A DNA stretch of 64,000 nucleotides from an uncultured delta proteobacterium. GTDB lineage: Bacteria; Myxococcota; Myxococcia; Myxococcales; Anaeromyxobacteraceae. The notes under the pieces are model-generated. The model had not been told where the DNA came from. It saw only the letters and a list, made by a program, of their open reading frames with translations, and made no database searches. How positions within the stretch are numbered: position 1 is the first letter of the stretch; each line of letters starts with the position of its first letter. The position numbers and the translations under genes are program-made. Positions 22,325 through 35,953 of the stretch are shown here, in pieces. The DNA lies in assembly GCA_963814585.1 (NCBI GenBank), contig CAWFDF010000011.1:228002-292001 (forward strand), written 5' to 3'.

Positions 22325-23185
22325 CTAGCGGAGGTCGAGGGCCAGCTTGACGGCCAGCGCCAGCGCCGAGAGCACGGCGACCCGCCGGACCAGCGCGTCG
22401 CCGCGGCGCACGGCCAGGTGCGCCCCCAACCAGGCCCCGCAGAGCTGGCCGGCCGCCATGGGGAGGGCCACCGGCCAGACCACCACGCCGCGCCAGGCGA
22501 AGAGGCCCAGCGCGGCCAGGTTGGAGGCGAAGTTGACCACCTTGGCGCCGGCCGAGGCGCGGGCCAGGCCGTCGCCGAGCAGGGCCACGAAGGCGACGAT
22601 CAGGAAGGTGCCGGTGCCGGGGCCGAAGAAGCCGTCGTAGGCGCCGATGGCCAGGGCGATGAGGCCGGCCAGGACGGGGCGGGCGGCCTCCCGGTTGGGG
22701 GCGGTGTGGGGTGGTGCCGTCACCTGCGGGGGTGGTGCTGCGGCAGGGGTCGAGGTCCCGCCGCCAGAATCCCCACCGCCCGGCGAGTGCGCTCCGTCCC
22801 GGGGGGCGGACCGCGGCGAGCGCCGCAGCCCGATGAAGAGGGCGGCGGCGGCCAGCAGCACCAGCACGATCGGCTTCAGCCTGTCGGACGGGACCGCCAG
22901 CACCAGCGCGGCGCCGAGCGCCGAGCCGAGCAGGCCGAGCGGGAAGCCGACCCGGGCCCGCGCCGGGTCGATGAGTCCGCCGCGCCAGAACCTCACCAGG
23001 GCGGCGCCGGAGCCGAAGACCGACTGTCCCTTGTTGGTGCCGAGGGCGAGGTGGGGGGGCAGGCCGGCCGCCAGCAGCGCCGGGACGGTGAGCAGCCCGC
23101 CGCCGCCGGCGATGGCGTCCACCAGTCCGGCGGCGAAGGCGACCAGCGTCAGGGCGGCGATGGTGAGCGGGGAGAGGGAGGGCAT
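22325..23185 (-). CDS. TauE/SafE (TSUP) family transporter
   Basis: AGLVDAIAGGGGLL, LGTNK, GAYDGFFGPGTGTFL. Confidence 0.93.
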   Translation of the reverse strand: MPSLSPLTIAALTLVAFAAGLVDAIAGGGGLLTVPALLAAGLPPHLALGTNKGQSVFGSGAALVRFWRGGLIDPARARVGFPLGLLGSALGAALVLAVPSDRLKPIVLVLLAAAALFIGLRRSPRSAPRDGAHSPGGGDSGGGTSTPAAAPPPQVTAPPHTAPNREAARPVLAGLIALAIGAYDGFFGPGTGTFLIVAFVALLGDGLARASAGAKVVNFASNLAALGLFAWRGVVVWPVALPMAAGQLCGAWLGAHLAVRRGDALVRRVAVLSALALAVKLALDLR

Positions 23186-23249
23186 CGGCGAGTCGCTGGC
23201 GGAGCGAGGGGGGCCTGGGCCGTGGCGAGGACTCGAGGGGGCCCGGCGC

Positions 23250-24296
23250 CTACCCGCGTCCCGCCACCTCCAGCAGGTCGGAGAGCACCGCGTAGGCGGT
23301 CTGGTCGACGCCACCGGCGCCTTCCCAGAGCCCGACCTCGCCCAGGAGATCGGTCTCCAGCACCAGCACGCCGTCGGCGTCCGACGAGGCCAGCAGGTCG
23401 CCGAGCGGAAGCTCCTCGGGAGCGACGCGGGCGGTGACGCGGCGACCAGCGCGGCGGGCGCGGGCCACCAGCCGCCAGCGCTTCCCCTCCTGCGTCGCCT
23501 TGGCCACCGCCTGGGCGGTGACCTGGCGGACGCTCACCCGCTCCACGTCGACGGGGCGCAGCGCGGCGCCCATGAGCGCGTTGGCCAGCGCGCAGGCCTT
23601 CACGGCCGCGTCCCAGCCGTCGAGGTCGAAGGCGGGATCGGCCTCGGCCACGCCGGCGGCCTGGGCCTCGGCCAGCGCCACGTCGAACGGCACGCCAGCC
23701 TCCAGGCGCGAGAGGATCCGCGTGGTGGTGGCGTTGAGGACGCCGCGGAAGCCGAGCACCTCGACGCCTCGCAGGCAGCGCCCGGCCAGGTTGAAGACGG
23801 GGAGGCCGTCCATCACCGCCCCCTCGTGGAGGTAGCGGACGCCGTGGCGCCGGGCCAGCACCTGGAGGCGGCGCTCGGCGTGGGCCACCGGGCCCTTGTT
23901 GGCGGTGACGACGTGGAGGCCACGCCGCAGGGCCGCCGCCACGTGGCCGGTGGCCGGCTCGCCGGCCAGCGGCTCGAGGGGGGAGAGCTCGACGAGCACG
24001 TCGCAGGGCGCGCCGGCGACGAGGGCGCGGGTGGACGGGACCGGCCTCCCGCGGTGGAGGGGCGCCAGCGACTTCCCCGCGCGGACCAGGGCCAGGGCGC
24101 GCCGCAGGGGGAGCCCGCGCGGATCGACGGCCAGGCCATGGTGGGCGGTGGCGATGGCGGTGACCCGGACGGCGACGCCGGCGCGGCGCAGGATGCGGCC
24201 GTAGGGGCCGCCCAGCAGCTCGGCGAAGCGGCGAGCGACGTTGCCGAAGCCCACCAGGGCGAGGCGCAGGGGGCGGAGGCGGCGGGCGGTGGCCAT
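23250..24296 (-). CDS. hom: Homoserine dehydrogenase
   Basis: GFGNVA, HVVTANKGP, EGAVMDGLP, AEADPAFDLDGWDAAVK. Confidence 0.9.
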   Translation of the reverse strand: MATARRLRPLRLALVGFGNVARRFAELLGGPYGRILRRAGVAVRVTAIATAHHGLAVDPRGLPLRRALALVRAGKSLAPLHRGRPVPSTRALVAGAPCDVLVELSPLEPLAGEPATGHVAAALRRGLHVVTANKGPVAHAERRLQVLARRHGVRYLHEGAVMDGLPVFNLAGRCLRGVEVLGFRGVLNATTTRILSRLEAGVPFDVALAEAQAAGVAEADPAFDLDGWDAAVKACALANALMGAALRPVDVERVSVRQVTAQAVAKATQEGKRWRLVARARRAGRRVTARVAPEELPLGDLLASSDADGVLVLETDLLGEVGLWEGAGGVDQTAYAVLSDLLEVAGRG

Positions 24297-24378
24297 GCCC
24301 GCCGAGCCTACCGCGGCGGGCGCGCCCGCGGTGACGCCTGTGGAGCGGCCCGGAGGCGCCGGCCGGCGGCGGCGCCCG

Positions 24379-25677
24379 CTACCCGAGGAGCAGCCGCCGC
24401 TCGTCGGCGAGCACCGAGGCCAGGAAGGCGGTGAAGCGGGCGCCGGCGGCGCCGTCGATCACCCGGTGGTCGTAGGAGAGCGACAGCGGCAGCATGAGCC
24501 GCGGCCGGAACTCGGATCCGTTCCACTGCGGGCGCATGGTGGACCTGGAGACGCCGAGGATGGCCACCTCCGGCGCGTTGATGATGGGCGTGAAGGCGGT
24601 GCCGCCGATGCCGCCGAGGCTGGAGATGGTGAAGCAGCCTCCCTGCATGTCGGCCGGGGAGAGCTTCCCGGCGCGGGCCCGGGCCGCCAGCGCGGCCACC
24701 TCGCGGGCGAGCTCGATGACGTCCTTCCGGTCGGCGTCGCGGACCACCGGGACCACCAGGCCGCCGGGGGTGTCGGCCGCGAAGCCGAGGTGGAAGTAGC
24801 GCTTGAGCACCAGCGTCTCGCCGTCGATCGAGGCGTTGAAGTCGGGGAACTGCCGCAACGCCGCCACGCAGGCCCGGATCAGGAGGGCGAGCAGCGTCAC
24901 CTTGGCGCCGCCCTCGCCCTGCTCCCGGTTGAGCTGGACGCGGTAGGCCTCGAGGTCGGTGATGTCGGCCTCGTCGACCTGGGTGACGTGCGGGATCATC
25001 GCCCAGTTGCGGGCCAGGTTGGCGCCCGCGAGCTTGCGGAGGCGCGAGAGCGGCCGCGGCTCGACCGGGCCGAACGAGGCGAAGTCGACCTTCGGCCAGG
25101 GGAGGAGGTCGAGGCCGCCGCCCGGGCGTGGCCCGGCGCCGGCCAGCGCGGCCTTCACGAAGGCCTGGACGTCGTCGCGGAGGATCCGGCCGCGCGGCCC
25201 GGTCCCCGTGACGGCCGCCAGGCCGACGCCCAGCTCGCGGGCGAAGCGGCGGACCGACGGCGAGGCGTGGACCATCCCGCCGGCCGGTCCGACGGCCGGC
25301 TTGCCGGCCGGCGCGGAGGCCGGCGCGGTGTCAGGCGTCGGGGCCGCCGCCACGGAGGGTGGCGGGGCCGAGGCCGGTGCAGCCACCTTCGCGGGTGGGG
25401 CGGGCGGCGTGCTCGCCGCACCGGCGGGCGCCACGGCGGCCGCGGCCTCCAGCACCAGGATGAGCGAACCTTCCTTCACCCGGTCCCCCGGCTTGAGCTT
25501 CACCTCGCGCACCGTGCCGCCGGCGGGGGACGGGACGTCGAAGGTGGCCTTGTCCGACTCGAGCGTGAGGAGCGGCTGGCTCTCGGCGACGGCGTCGCCC
25601 GCCTTCACCAGCACGTCGGTCACGCCGGCGTCCTTGACGTCGCCGATGTCGGGGACCCTGACCTCGATGGTGGGCAT
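24379..25677 (-). CDS. aceF: Pyruvate dehydrogenase E2, dihydrolipoamide acetyltransferase (one lipoyl domain)
   Basis: LESDKATFDVP, HASPSVRRFARELGV, LSYDHRVIDGA. Confidence 0.96.
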   Translation of the reverse strand: MPTIEVRVPDIGDVKDAGVTDVLVKAGDAVAESQPLLTLESDKATFDVPSPAGGTVREVKLKPGDRVKEGSLILVLEAAAAVAPAGAASTPPAPPAKVAAPASAPPPSVAAAPTPDTAPASAPAGKPAVGPAGGMVHASPSVRRFARELGVGLAAVTGTGPRGRILRDDVQAFVKAALAGAGPRPGGGLDLLPWPKVDFASFGPVEPRPLSRLRKLAGANLARNWAMIPHVTQVDEADITDLEAYRVQLNREQGEGGAKVTLLALLIRACVAALRQFPDFNASIDGETLVLKRYFHLGFAADTPGGLVVPVVRDADRKDVIELAREVAALAARARAGKLSPADMQGGCFTISSLGGIGGTAFTPIINAPEVAILGVSRSTMRPQWNGSEFRPRLMLPLSLSYDHRVIDGAAGARFTAFLASVLADERRLLLG

Positions 25678-25679
25678 GT

Positions 25680-28334
<2,655 letters not shown>

Positions 28335-28559
28335 GGTGGGGTCCTCGTCACAATCCCGGGTCGGGCGCGACTCCCCTTCTAATGCGGACCCGGACCGGAC
28401 CGCATGGCCGGATCGGGGCGAACCCAGTCCGGCCAGGGAGTTGCGGGGTAGGCCGGCTGGTTCCGCCCGGTGCAAGCGTTCGTTTGCAGGACGGAATTCC
28501 CCTTGATCACGGTCACTATGTTATCCAGACTGCCATCACCCACGGGAGGGACTTGCGCG

Positions 28560-31500
28560 ATGGCGGAAGCGTTCGGCTTGGGGCTCGACGTCGGCTCGAC
28601 CAGCGTCAAGGCGTGCCTCATGAGCGGCGGCATGGAGCGCTGGTCCGAGGTCCGGGCCCACGACGGCGACGTGGTGGGGACGGCGCGGGCCATCCTGGCC
28701 GGCCGGTCCATCCTCGACGGCACGCCGACCGTGGTCACCGGCGGCGAGGGGCGCCGGCAGTTCAAGCTGGAGCGGGCCATCGCTCCCGAGGCGCTGGAGC
28801 GGGCCCTGCAGGCGCTCGGCCTCGACGCCACCGCCGTGGTCTCGGTGGGTGGCGAGGACCTGGTCGTCTACCGGCTCGACGCCGGCCGGATCGTCGGCAC
28901 CTACGCCGGTAACAAGTGCGCCAGCGGGACCGGCGAGTTCTTCGCCCAGCAGCTTCGCCGCATGGACCTGCCGCTCCAGGTGGTCGACAGCCCCGAGGTG
29001 GACCAGGCCTGCGTCCACCGCCTCTCCTCCCGCTGCTCGGTCTTCATGAAGAGCGACTGCACCCACAAGCTCAACAAGGGGGAGGCCAGTCGCCACGACA
29101 TCGTCCTCAGCCTCACCCACGTGATGGCCGGCAAGGTGCTCGAGTTCCTCGCCAAGGCGCGCGTCGAGACCGGCACGGTCCTGATGGTGGGTGGCTCGGC
29201 CCGCAACCCGCACCTGGTCCAGGCGGTGCGCGACGGGCTGCCCGGCGCCGAGCTGGTGGTGCCGGTCCAGGCCCCGTATCTCGAGGCCTACGGCGCCGCG
29301 CTGCTGGCCCAGGAGCGAGGCACCCCGCTGCCGGCCGCCGAGGCGCTGGCCGGCGATGGCGACGTGGCCTACGCCCGCACCCGCCCGCTCAGCGAGGCGG
29401 CCGCGCTGGTCACCTTCCACCCGTCACGCCGCGGCCGGGCGCGCGCCGGGGCCCGCTACGTGCTCGGCATCGACGGGGGCTCGACCACCACCAAGGTGGC
29501 GCTGGTCGACGCCGCCAGCCGGGAGATGGTGGCCAGCCACTACGGCCGCACCCTGGGGGATCCGGTGTCGGCGCTGCGCCGCTGCCTCACCGAGGTGATG
29601 GGCCAGCTCACCGACCAGGTCGGCGGCGAGGAGGCCGTGGAGATCGTGCTGGCCGCCACCACCGGCTCGTCGCGCGAGCTGCTGGGCGTCTTCTGCGGCA
29701 CCGGCGCCATCTACAACGAGATCATGGCCCACACCGCCGGCACCACGGCGCTCGATCCGGCCATCGACACCATCTTCGAGATCGGCGGGCAGGACGCCAA
29801 GTACGTCTCGCTGCGCAACCACGTCCCGGTCGACTACGCCATGAACGAGGCCTGCAGCGCCGGGACCGGCTCGTTCCTGGAGGAGTCGGCCGCCGGGGAC
29901 CTCGACATCGCCCACGCCGAGGAGATCGGCCCCATCGCGATGCAGGCCACCGCGCCGCTCAAGTTCGGCGAGCACTGCTCGGCCTTCATCAACTCCGACA
30001 TCCGCAAGGCCATCTCGCAGGGAGCGACCCGGAGCGACATCGTGGCCGGCCTGACGCTCTCCATCGTCTCCAACTACCTGAACCGCGTGGTCGGCAGCCG
30101 CACCATCGGCAGCCGCATCGTGCTGCAGGGCGGGGTGGCCAAGAACCCGGCCATGCCCCTGGCCTTCGCGCAGCTCCTCGGCAAGCCGGTGGTGGTCCCG
30201 CCCGATCCCGAGCTGATGGGCGCCTACGGCGTGGCGCTCATGGGGCTGGCCCGGCTCGAGGACGGCACCGTCCAGGCAGCGCCGCTCACGCTCCGCGAGC
30301 TCTCCACCCGGTCGATCAGCTCGGAGAAGGAGTACCGCTGCCGCGCCTGCGAGAACCTCTGCCCCATCCGGATCATGAAGGTGGGGGAGTCGCGCCACCA
30401 CTTCGGCGGGCGCTGCAACAAGTTCGCGAACCTGCGCCGCAAGGTGGCGCTGCCCGCCGGCGAGGTGAAGGACTGGGTCGAGGTGCGGCGCAAGCTCTAC
30501 TTCGAGACCTACGCGGCCCAGGCCGACGTCCTGCCCCGGGGCGGCGTGCTGGTGGGGGTGCCCGAGGCCCTCTCCGTCCACTCCCTGTGGCCGCTCTACT
30601 CCAACTTCCTCGCCGCGCTGGGCGTGCGCGTCCAGCTCACCCCCGAGGTGTCGCAGAAGGGGGTGGCACGCTGCGAGTCCTCCTTCTGCTACCCCGCCGA
30701 GCTGGCCCACGGCCAGCTGGGCACGCTCCTGGAGCAGCCGGTCCAGCCCGACTTCGTCTTCCTGCCGCACCTGAAGACCATGCCGTCCTACCAGAAGGAC
30801 GTGCACGCCTGCCTCTGCCCCATCATGCAGGGGCTCCCCTACACCCTGCGCACCGCCTTCTCCATCGACGACTCGCGCCTGCTGCGGCCGGTGCTCGACC
30901 TCACCGCCGGGCTCGAGGCGGGTCTCGAGGCCATGCAGGAGGTGGCCCTGCAGCTGGGCCGCACCCGCGAGGACGGGCGCAAGGCCTGGGCGCTGGCGGT
31001 GGAGCGGCAGACCGCCTGCTATCGCGAGGGGCGGCGCCTGGGGCGCCAGGCGCTGGCCGAGGCCGAGGCCGCCGGCCGGCCGGCCATCGTCCTCTTCGGC
31101 CGTCCCTACAACGCCTTCGCGCCCACCGCCAACATGGGCATCCCCCGCAAGTTCGTGACCCGCGGCTGGAGCGTCATCCCCTTCGACTTCCTGCCGCTCG
31201 CCGACGAGGCCATCCCGCCCAACATGTACTGGTACTACGGGCAGCAGGATCTCAAGGGGGCGGTGCTGGTGAAGGAGCGGCGCAACCTCTTCGCCTGCTA
31301 CGTCACCAACTTCTCCTGCGCGCCCGACTCCTTCATCCTCCACTTCAACCGGTGGATCCACGACTCCAAGCCGTTCCTGACGCTGGAGCTCGACAGCCAC
31401 ACCGCCGACGCCGGCGTCGACACCCGCATCGAGGCCTTCCTCGACGTGGCCGAGGCGTGGCGCAAGGCGCCGCGGGGAGCGCCGGCCCCGCCGCCGGAGC

Positions 31501-32949
31501 GCGACTGGGACGTCCTCCTCCAGGACCGCCAGGCGGTGGTGGTCAACCGCCGCACCGGCGAGCGGCGCGGCATGAAGGACCCGCGCGTCCGCCTGGTCTG
31601 GCCGTCGATGGGGCGCGTCACCACGGCGCTGGTCAACGAGGTCGCCAGGTTCAACGGGATCGACTCGGTGGTGCTTCCCCCGGCCGACCAGGGGACGGCG
31701 CCGCGGGCGCGGGCGGTGGCGTCGCGGCAAGGAGTGCATCCCGGCGCTGCTGGTGCTGGGGGCCTTCCTCGACTACCTGGCGCAGCAGCCGAAGGACGCG
31801 GACCCGGACATGGTCCACCTGATGTTCATGCCCATCACCACCGGCCCCTGCCGCACCGGCCAGTACGCCATCTTCTACCAGGGCCTGGTGCAGGAGCTGG
31901 GCTTCCGCAACGTGGTGATGCTGTCGCTCAACTCGGACAACTCCTACGCCGAGCTCGGCCCCGACTTCAACCGCGAGCTGTGGCGGATGATCGCCGTGGG
32001 CGACTACCTGCGCGACGTGGAGGGGACGCTGGCCGCGCTGGCGGTGGAGCGCCGGTCGGCCATGGCCGAGCTGGAGGCCGTGGTCCAGGAGGCGCTGGTG
32101 GCGGCGCGACACGGCGGGCCGGCGGTGCTGGACCGGCTGCCGGAGTGGGGCGATCGCCTCGGCCGCATCCCGCTCACCAGGCCGCTCAGCGAGGCCAGGA
32201 AGGCCCTGGTGGTCGGCGAGATCTTCGTGCGCCGCGACGACTACTCGGTGGCGCCGCTGGTCGACCGGCTCGCCGATGCCGGCGTGGTGGCGAAGATCAC
32301 CGGCCTCACCGAGTGGGTCCACTATCTCGACTGGGACCAGCTCCGCCGCATGCGGAAGACGCTGGCGGCCATGCCGCCCTGGCGCCGCCTCTTCTCCCGG
32401 GAGCTGCGTGCCACCTATGTGCTCCGCATCGAGATGCTCTGGAAGGCCTGGGTCGAGCGGCGGGTGAAGAGGGGCCTTGGCCGCAGCGGGATGGTGCCCG
32501 AGGCGCCCCACGGCATGGACCGGATCATGGCCCGGGCCGAAGAGTTCGCCTCCTGCGAGCTGGAGAGCGAGGCGACCCTCTCGCCGGCCTCGGCCGCGGT
32601 GGCCATGGACGAGGGCTACCACGGCGTCGCCATCATCGCCCCGTTCGCCTGCCTGCCGGGCCGGCTCATCGAGGCCACCTACGGCCCGTGGGCGCGCGCC
32701 CGTCGGCTGCCGGTGGTGGCGGTGGAGAGCGACGGCAACCAGTACCCGCCGGGCGTGGTGAGCCGGATCGAGATCTTCGCCCACGACGTCAGCCGCGGCG
32801 AGCGGTCCCGGCCGGCGGCCCCGCCGGTGGTCGCCGGGGGCGACGTGGATCGGCACCTGCCGGGCGTGGTCAGCCGGATCGAGGAATTCGCCCACGACGT
32901 CCGCCTCGGAGAGCGGGCCAGGCCGGCGCGCCTGCCGGTCCTGCCCTGA
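28560..32949 (+). CDS. Acyl-CoA dehydratase activase fusion (two ASKHA ATPase domains + DUF2229-like), frameshifted near 31725
   Basis: GLDVGSTSVK, GNKCASGTG, GIDGGSTTTK, EIGGQDAKY, MNEACSAGTGSF; one extra base in gtcgcggcaag breaks ASGKECIP and the ORF continues in the 31753..32949 frame. Confidence 0.88.
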
Positions 32950-32975
32950 ACTGGTGCCCCGGCGCTGGAGCGCCT

Positions 32976-35387
32976 TCAGTCGGCGGGGAATCCCATCCGC
33001 CGCTCCAGGGCCTTGAAGCGGGGGTCGCGGCGCAGGCCGCGCAGCAGCGGGTCCAGCCGCAGGTCGCCGAGACCGCCGTCCCGCCGGACCAGGGCCAGGT
33101 CGAGCCACTCGAAGGCCCGGTCGGCCTCGCCGCGCCACGCGAAGGTGGTGGCGATCTGGAAGGGCGCGTCGGCGGCGTGGCGGGCGATCATGGTGGCGAG
33201 GGCGGCCTGGGAGTCCCGTGACCGGCCCAGATCGTGGAAGGCGGCCGCCTCGAACTGCAGGTGGTAGACCTTTTCCACGCTCCGGTGCGCCGCGGCGATG
33301 GCCGCCTCCGGCCTGCGCTCCAGCAGCTCGGCGGTGGCGAGGTAGATGGGCGCCGAGTCCTGCTCCGGCCAGAGCTCCAGCGAGCGGAGCGCCGCGCTCC
33401 GCGCCAGCTCGAGCCGCTCCAGGCCGAGGTAGAGCGCCGCCAGGGTCGACCAGGGGGCCGAGGACAGGGGATCGAGCTGCGTGGCCCGCAGCGCCAGGGT
33501 GATGGCCTCCTCGATCCGGCCGGTCGGCCCCAGCACGTTGCGGGCGAAGCGCCACATCACCTCGGGGTCACCGGGGTTGAGCGCCAGCGCCCGCTCCATG
33601 TCCTCGCGGCCGCCCTTCCAGTCGTGCCCCAGGTTGACGCGGAAGAAGGCCCGGGCCGCGTAGGCGTCGGCCAGGTCGGGCGCCAGGGCCACGGCGTTCT
33701 CGGCCGCCGCGGCGGCCCGCGTCTTGGAGGCCTCGAGGTCGGCGATGACGTCGCCCACGTTTCCAAAGCCGTAGAACACGGCGTACGACAGGCCGGCCCA
33801 GGCGGGGGCGTAGGTGGGATCGAGGTCGAGGGCGCGCTGGAAGGCCGCGGCGGCCAGGCGCGAGGCCGGCACGGTGTCGCGCCGCATGAAGCGCCGGCCC
33901 TGCAGGTACTGGCTGTAGACCTCGGGCTGGGCGGTCCAGTACTCGCGGCTGCTGGGGAGCTTCCCGCGCAGCAGCTCGACCTCGAGCGCCGCCACCACGG
34001 CGCTGGCGATCTCGTCCTGCACCGCGAAGACCCCGGTCAGCTCGCGCTCGAAGGTCTGCGACCAGAGGTGGCGGCCGTCGCTGGTCCGGACCAGCTGCGC
34101 CGTGATGCGGACCCGGCGGGCGTCCCTGCGGACGCTCCCCACCAGGACGTTGGCGACGCCGAGCTGGCGCCCCAGCGACCGCAGATCGTCCATCCGATCG
34201 CGGAAGGAGAAGGCGGACGTCCGTCCGGTCACCCGCAGTCCCTGCACCTGCGCCAGCGCGTTGATGATCTCCTCCGCCAGCCCGTCCGAGAAGTACTCCT
34301 GGTCGTGCTGCTCGCTCAGGTCGCTGAAGGGGAGCACGGCCACCGACGGCGTGGCGTCGGCCGGCGAGGAGCGCGCCCGCACCCACGCCGCGCCGGCGGC
34401 CAGCACGGCGAGGAGCGCGAGCCCGGCGAGCACGGCGATCCAGGCCCGGGATCGCCGCGGCGGCCGGCGAATGCGGATCGAGGAGGTGGTCCCAGGAGCG
34501 GAGACGCTGCCGTCCGGCCGCAGCGCCGCGAGCGCCGCCATCACCGCGGCCCCGTCGCGGGGTCGATCCACCGGGTCCCTGGCCAGCATCTGGCCGACCA
34601 GCGCTCCGAGGCCGGGCCACTCGGGCACCTCGAGGGCCGGGGCCGGCACCCGGCCGGGGGCCGAGCGGCCGGCGCCGCCGGGGAAGGGGAGCCGTCCCGT
34701 GAGCAGCCGGTAGAGCAGGACCCCCAGGGCGAACACGTCGGTCCGCTCGTCCTCGGGCGCGCCGCGCCACTGCTCGGGCGCGACGTACCCCAGGGCCGCG
34801 CCCTCGAGCCGCGGCCGGCCGAAGGTGTGGGCCACGCCGAGGTCGAGCACCTTCACCGAGCCGTCGTCGCAGAGGAAGACGGTGTCGGGCTCGAGGTGGC
34901 GGTGGGCCACGCCGCGCGCGTGGGCGATCGCCAGCGCCGCCGACACGGCCCGGGCGATGCGGACCGCCTCTGCGGCCGGGAGCGGATCGCCGCCGAGCCG
35001 CTCCGAGAGGCGCGCTCCCTCCAGCAGCTCGTACACGAGGTACGGGCCCTGCTCGCACCGGCCGGCGTCGAGGAGGGCGGCCAGGTTGGGGTGGGTGAGA
35101 TCGGCGATGGTCTCGGCCTCGTGGCGGACCCGCTGCGCCGGGCCCTGGGCCTGGCCGGCGCGCAGCACCTTCAAGGCGACGCGCCGCTCCAGCAGCGCAT
35201 CCTGCGCCTCGAAGACGACGCAGAAGGAGTCCCGCGAGATCTCGCGCACCAGGGCGAAGCGGTCGATGGAGCGGCCCGGCTGCAGGGCGGACGCCCAGCC
35301 GGAGCCGCCCTCGTCGGGGGGTGTCCGGGCCAGGTCGTCGAGCAGCGCCGTGAGCGTCCCCGGCCTGGGCGGGGCCTGGTCACTCAC
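32976..35387 (-). CDS. Membrane Ser/Thr kinase-like protein with TolB-like and TPR domains (probable pseudokinase)
   Basis: VALKVL, YVAPEQ, DVFALG; SVAVLPFSDLS...EYFSDGLAEE; TPRs; catalytic loop reads HRHLEP. Confidence 0.88.
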   Translation of the reverse strand: MSDQAPPRPGTLTALLDDLARTPPDEGGSGWASALQPGRSIDRFALVREISRDSFCVVFEAQDALLERRVALKVLRAGQAQGPAQRVRHEAETIADLTHPNLAALLDAGRCEQGPYLVYELLEGARLSERLGGDPLPAAEAVRIARAVSAALAIAHARGVAHRHLEPDTVFLCDDGSVKVLDLGVAHTFGRPRLEGAALGYVAPEQWRGAPEDERTDVFALGVLLYRLLTGRLPFPGGAGRSAPGRVPAPALEVPEWPGLGALVGQMLARDPVDRPRDGAAVMAALAALRPDGSVSAPGTTSSIRIRRPPRRSRAWIAVLAGLALLAVLAAGAAWVRARSSPADATPSVAVLPFSDLSEQHDQEYFSDGLAEEIINALAQVQGLRVTGRTSAFSFRDRMDDLRSLGRQLGVANVLVGSVRRDARRVRITAQLVRTSDGRHLWSQTFERELTGVFAVQDEIASAVVAALEVELLRGKLPSSREYWTAQPEVYSQYLQGRRFMRRDTVPASRLAAAAFQRALDLDPTYAPAWAGLSYAVFYGFGNVGDVIADLEASKTRAAAAAENAVALAPDLADAYAARAFFRVNLGHDWKGGREDMERALALNPGDPEVMWRFARNVLGPTGRIEEAITLALRATQLDPLSSAPWSTLAALYLGLERLELARSAALRSLELWPEQDSAPIYLATAELLERRPEAAIAAAHRSVEKVYHLQFEAAAFHDLGRSRDSQAALATMIARHAADAPFQIATTFAWRGEADRAFEWLDLALVRRDGGLGDLRLDPLLRGLRRDPRFKALERRMGFPAD

Positions 35388-35506
35388 GGGGCACCGGGCG
35401 TGGCGCGGGACCGCGAGGTGCGGCCGTTGATCGCCTTGCCCACCGGGACCGAGCGTGCCACCATCCGCCAGGGCGCGCTGCTCACCCTGGTTCCCGAGGG
35501 CCTCAC

Positions 35507-35947
35507 ATGGCTGACGCGAAGTTGACGGTCGGTGGCTGGATGACGAAGACCCCCATCACCATCGAGGAGGACGCCTCGGTCATCGAGGCCATCCACCGGC
35601 TCAAGGAGCACTCGATCCGGCGGCTCCCGGTGATGAAGAAGGGGAAGCTGGTCGGCCTGATCACCGAGAAGATGCTGGCGGCCTACACCCCGGGCAAGGC
35701 CACCACGCTCGATCAGTGGGAGCTGCACGGGCTCCTCGACAAGACCAAGGTCAAGGTGGCCATGAACGCCGACCCGTACAAGGTCCACCCCGACACCCCG
35801 CTGGCGGAGGCGACCCAGCTGCTGCACGACAAGAAGCTGAACGGGGTGCTGGTGGTCGACGACCACGGCCAGCTGGCCGGCGTCTTCACCACCACCAACG
35901 TGTTCGAGGCGCTCATCCACTTCGCGGGAGCGGCCGCGTCTCGCTGA
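35507..35947 (+). CDS. CBS domain protein (AcuB-like)
   Basis: MTKTPITI, IRRLPV..GKLVGLIT, second CBS repeat. Confidence 0.9.
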   Translation: MADAKLTVGGWMTKTPITIEEDASVIEAIHRLKEHSIRRLPVMKKGKLVGLITEKMLAAYTPGKATTLDQWELHGLLDKTKVKVAMNADPYKVHPDTPLAEATQLLHDKKLNGVLVVDDHGQLAGVFTTTNVFEALIHFAGAAASR

Positions 35948-35953
35948 CACGGG

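Noticed and set aside
31730..33221. C-terminal part of the 1583-aa ORF 28470..33221
   Set aside because: Out-of-frame read-through after the frameshift at about 31725; the real coding frame ends at 32949.
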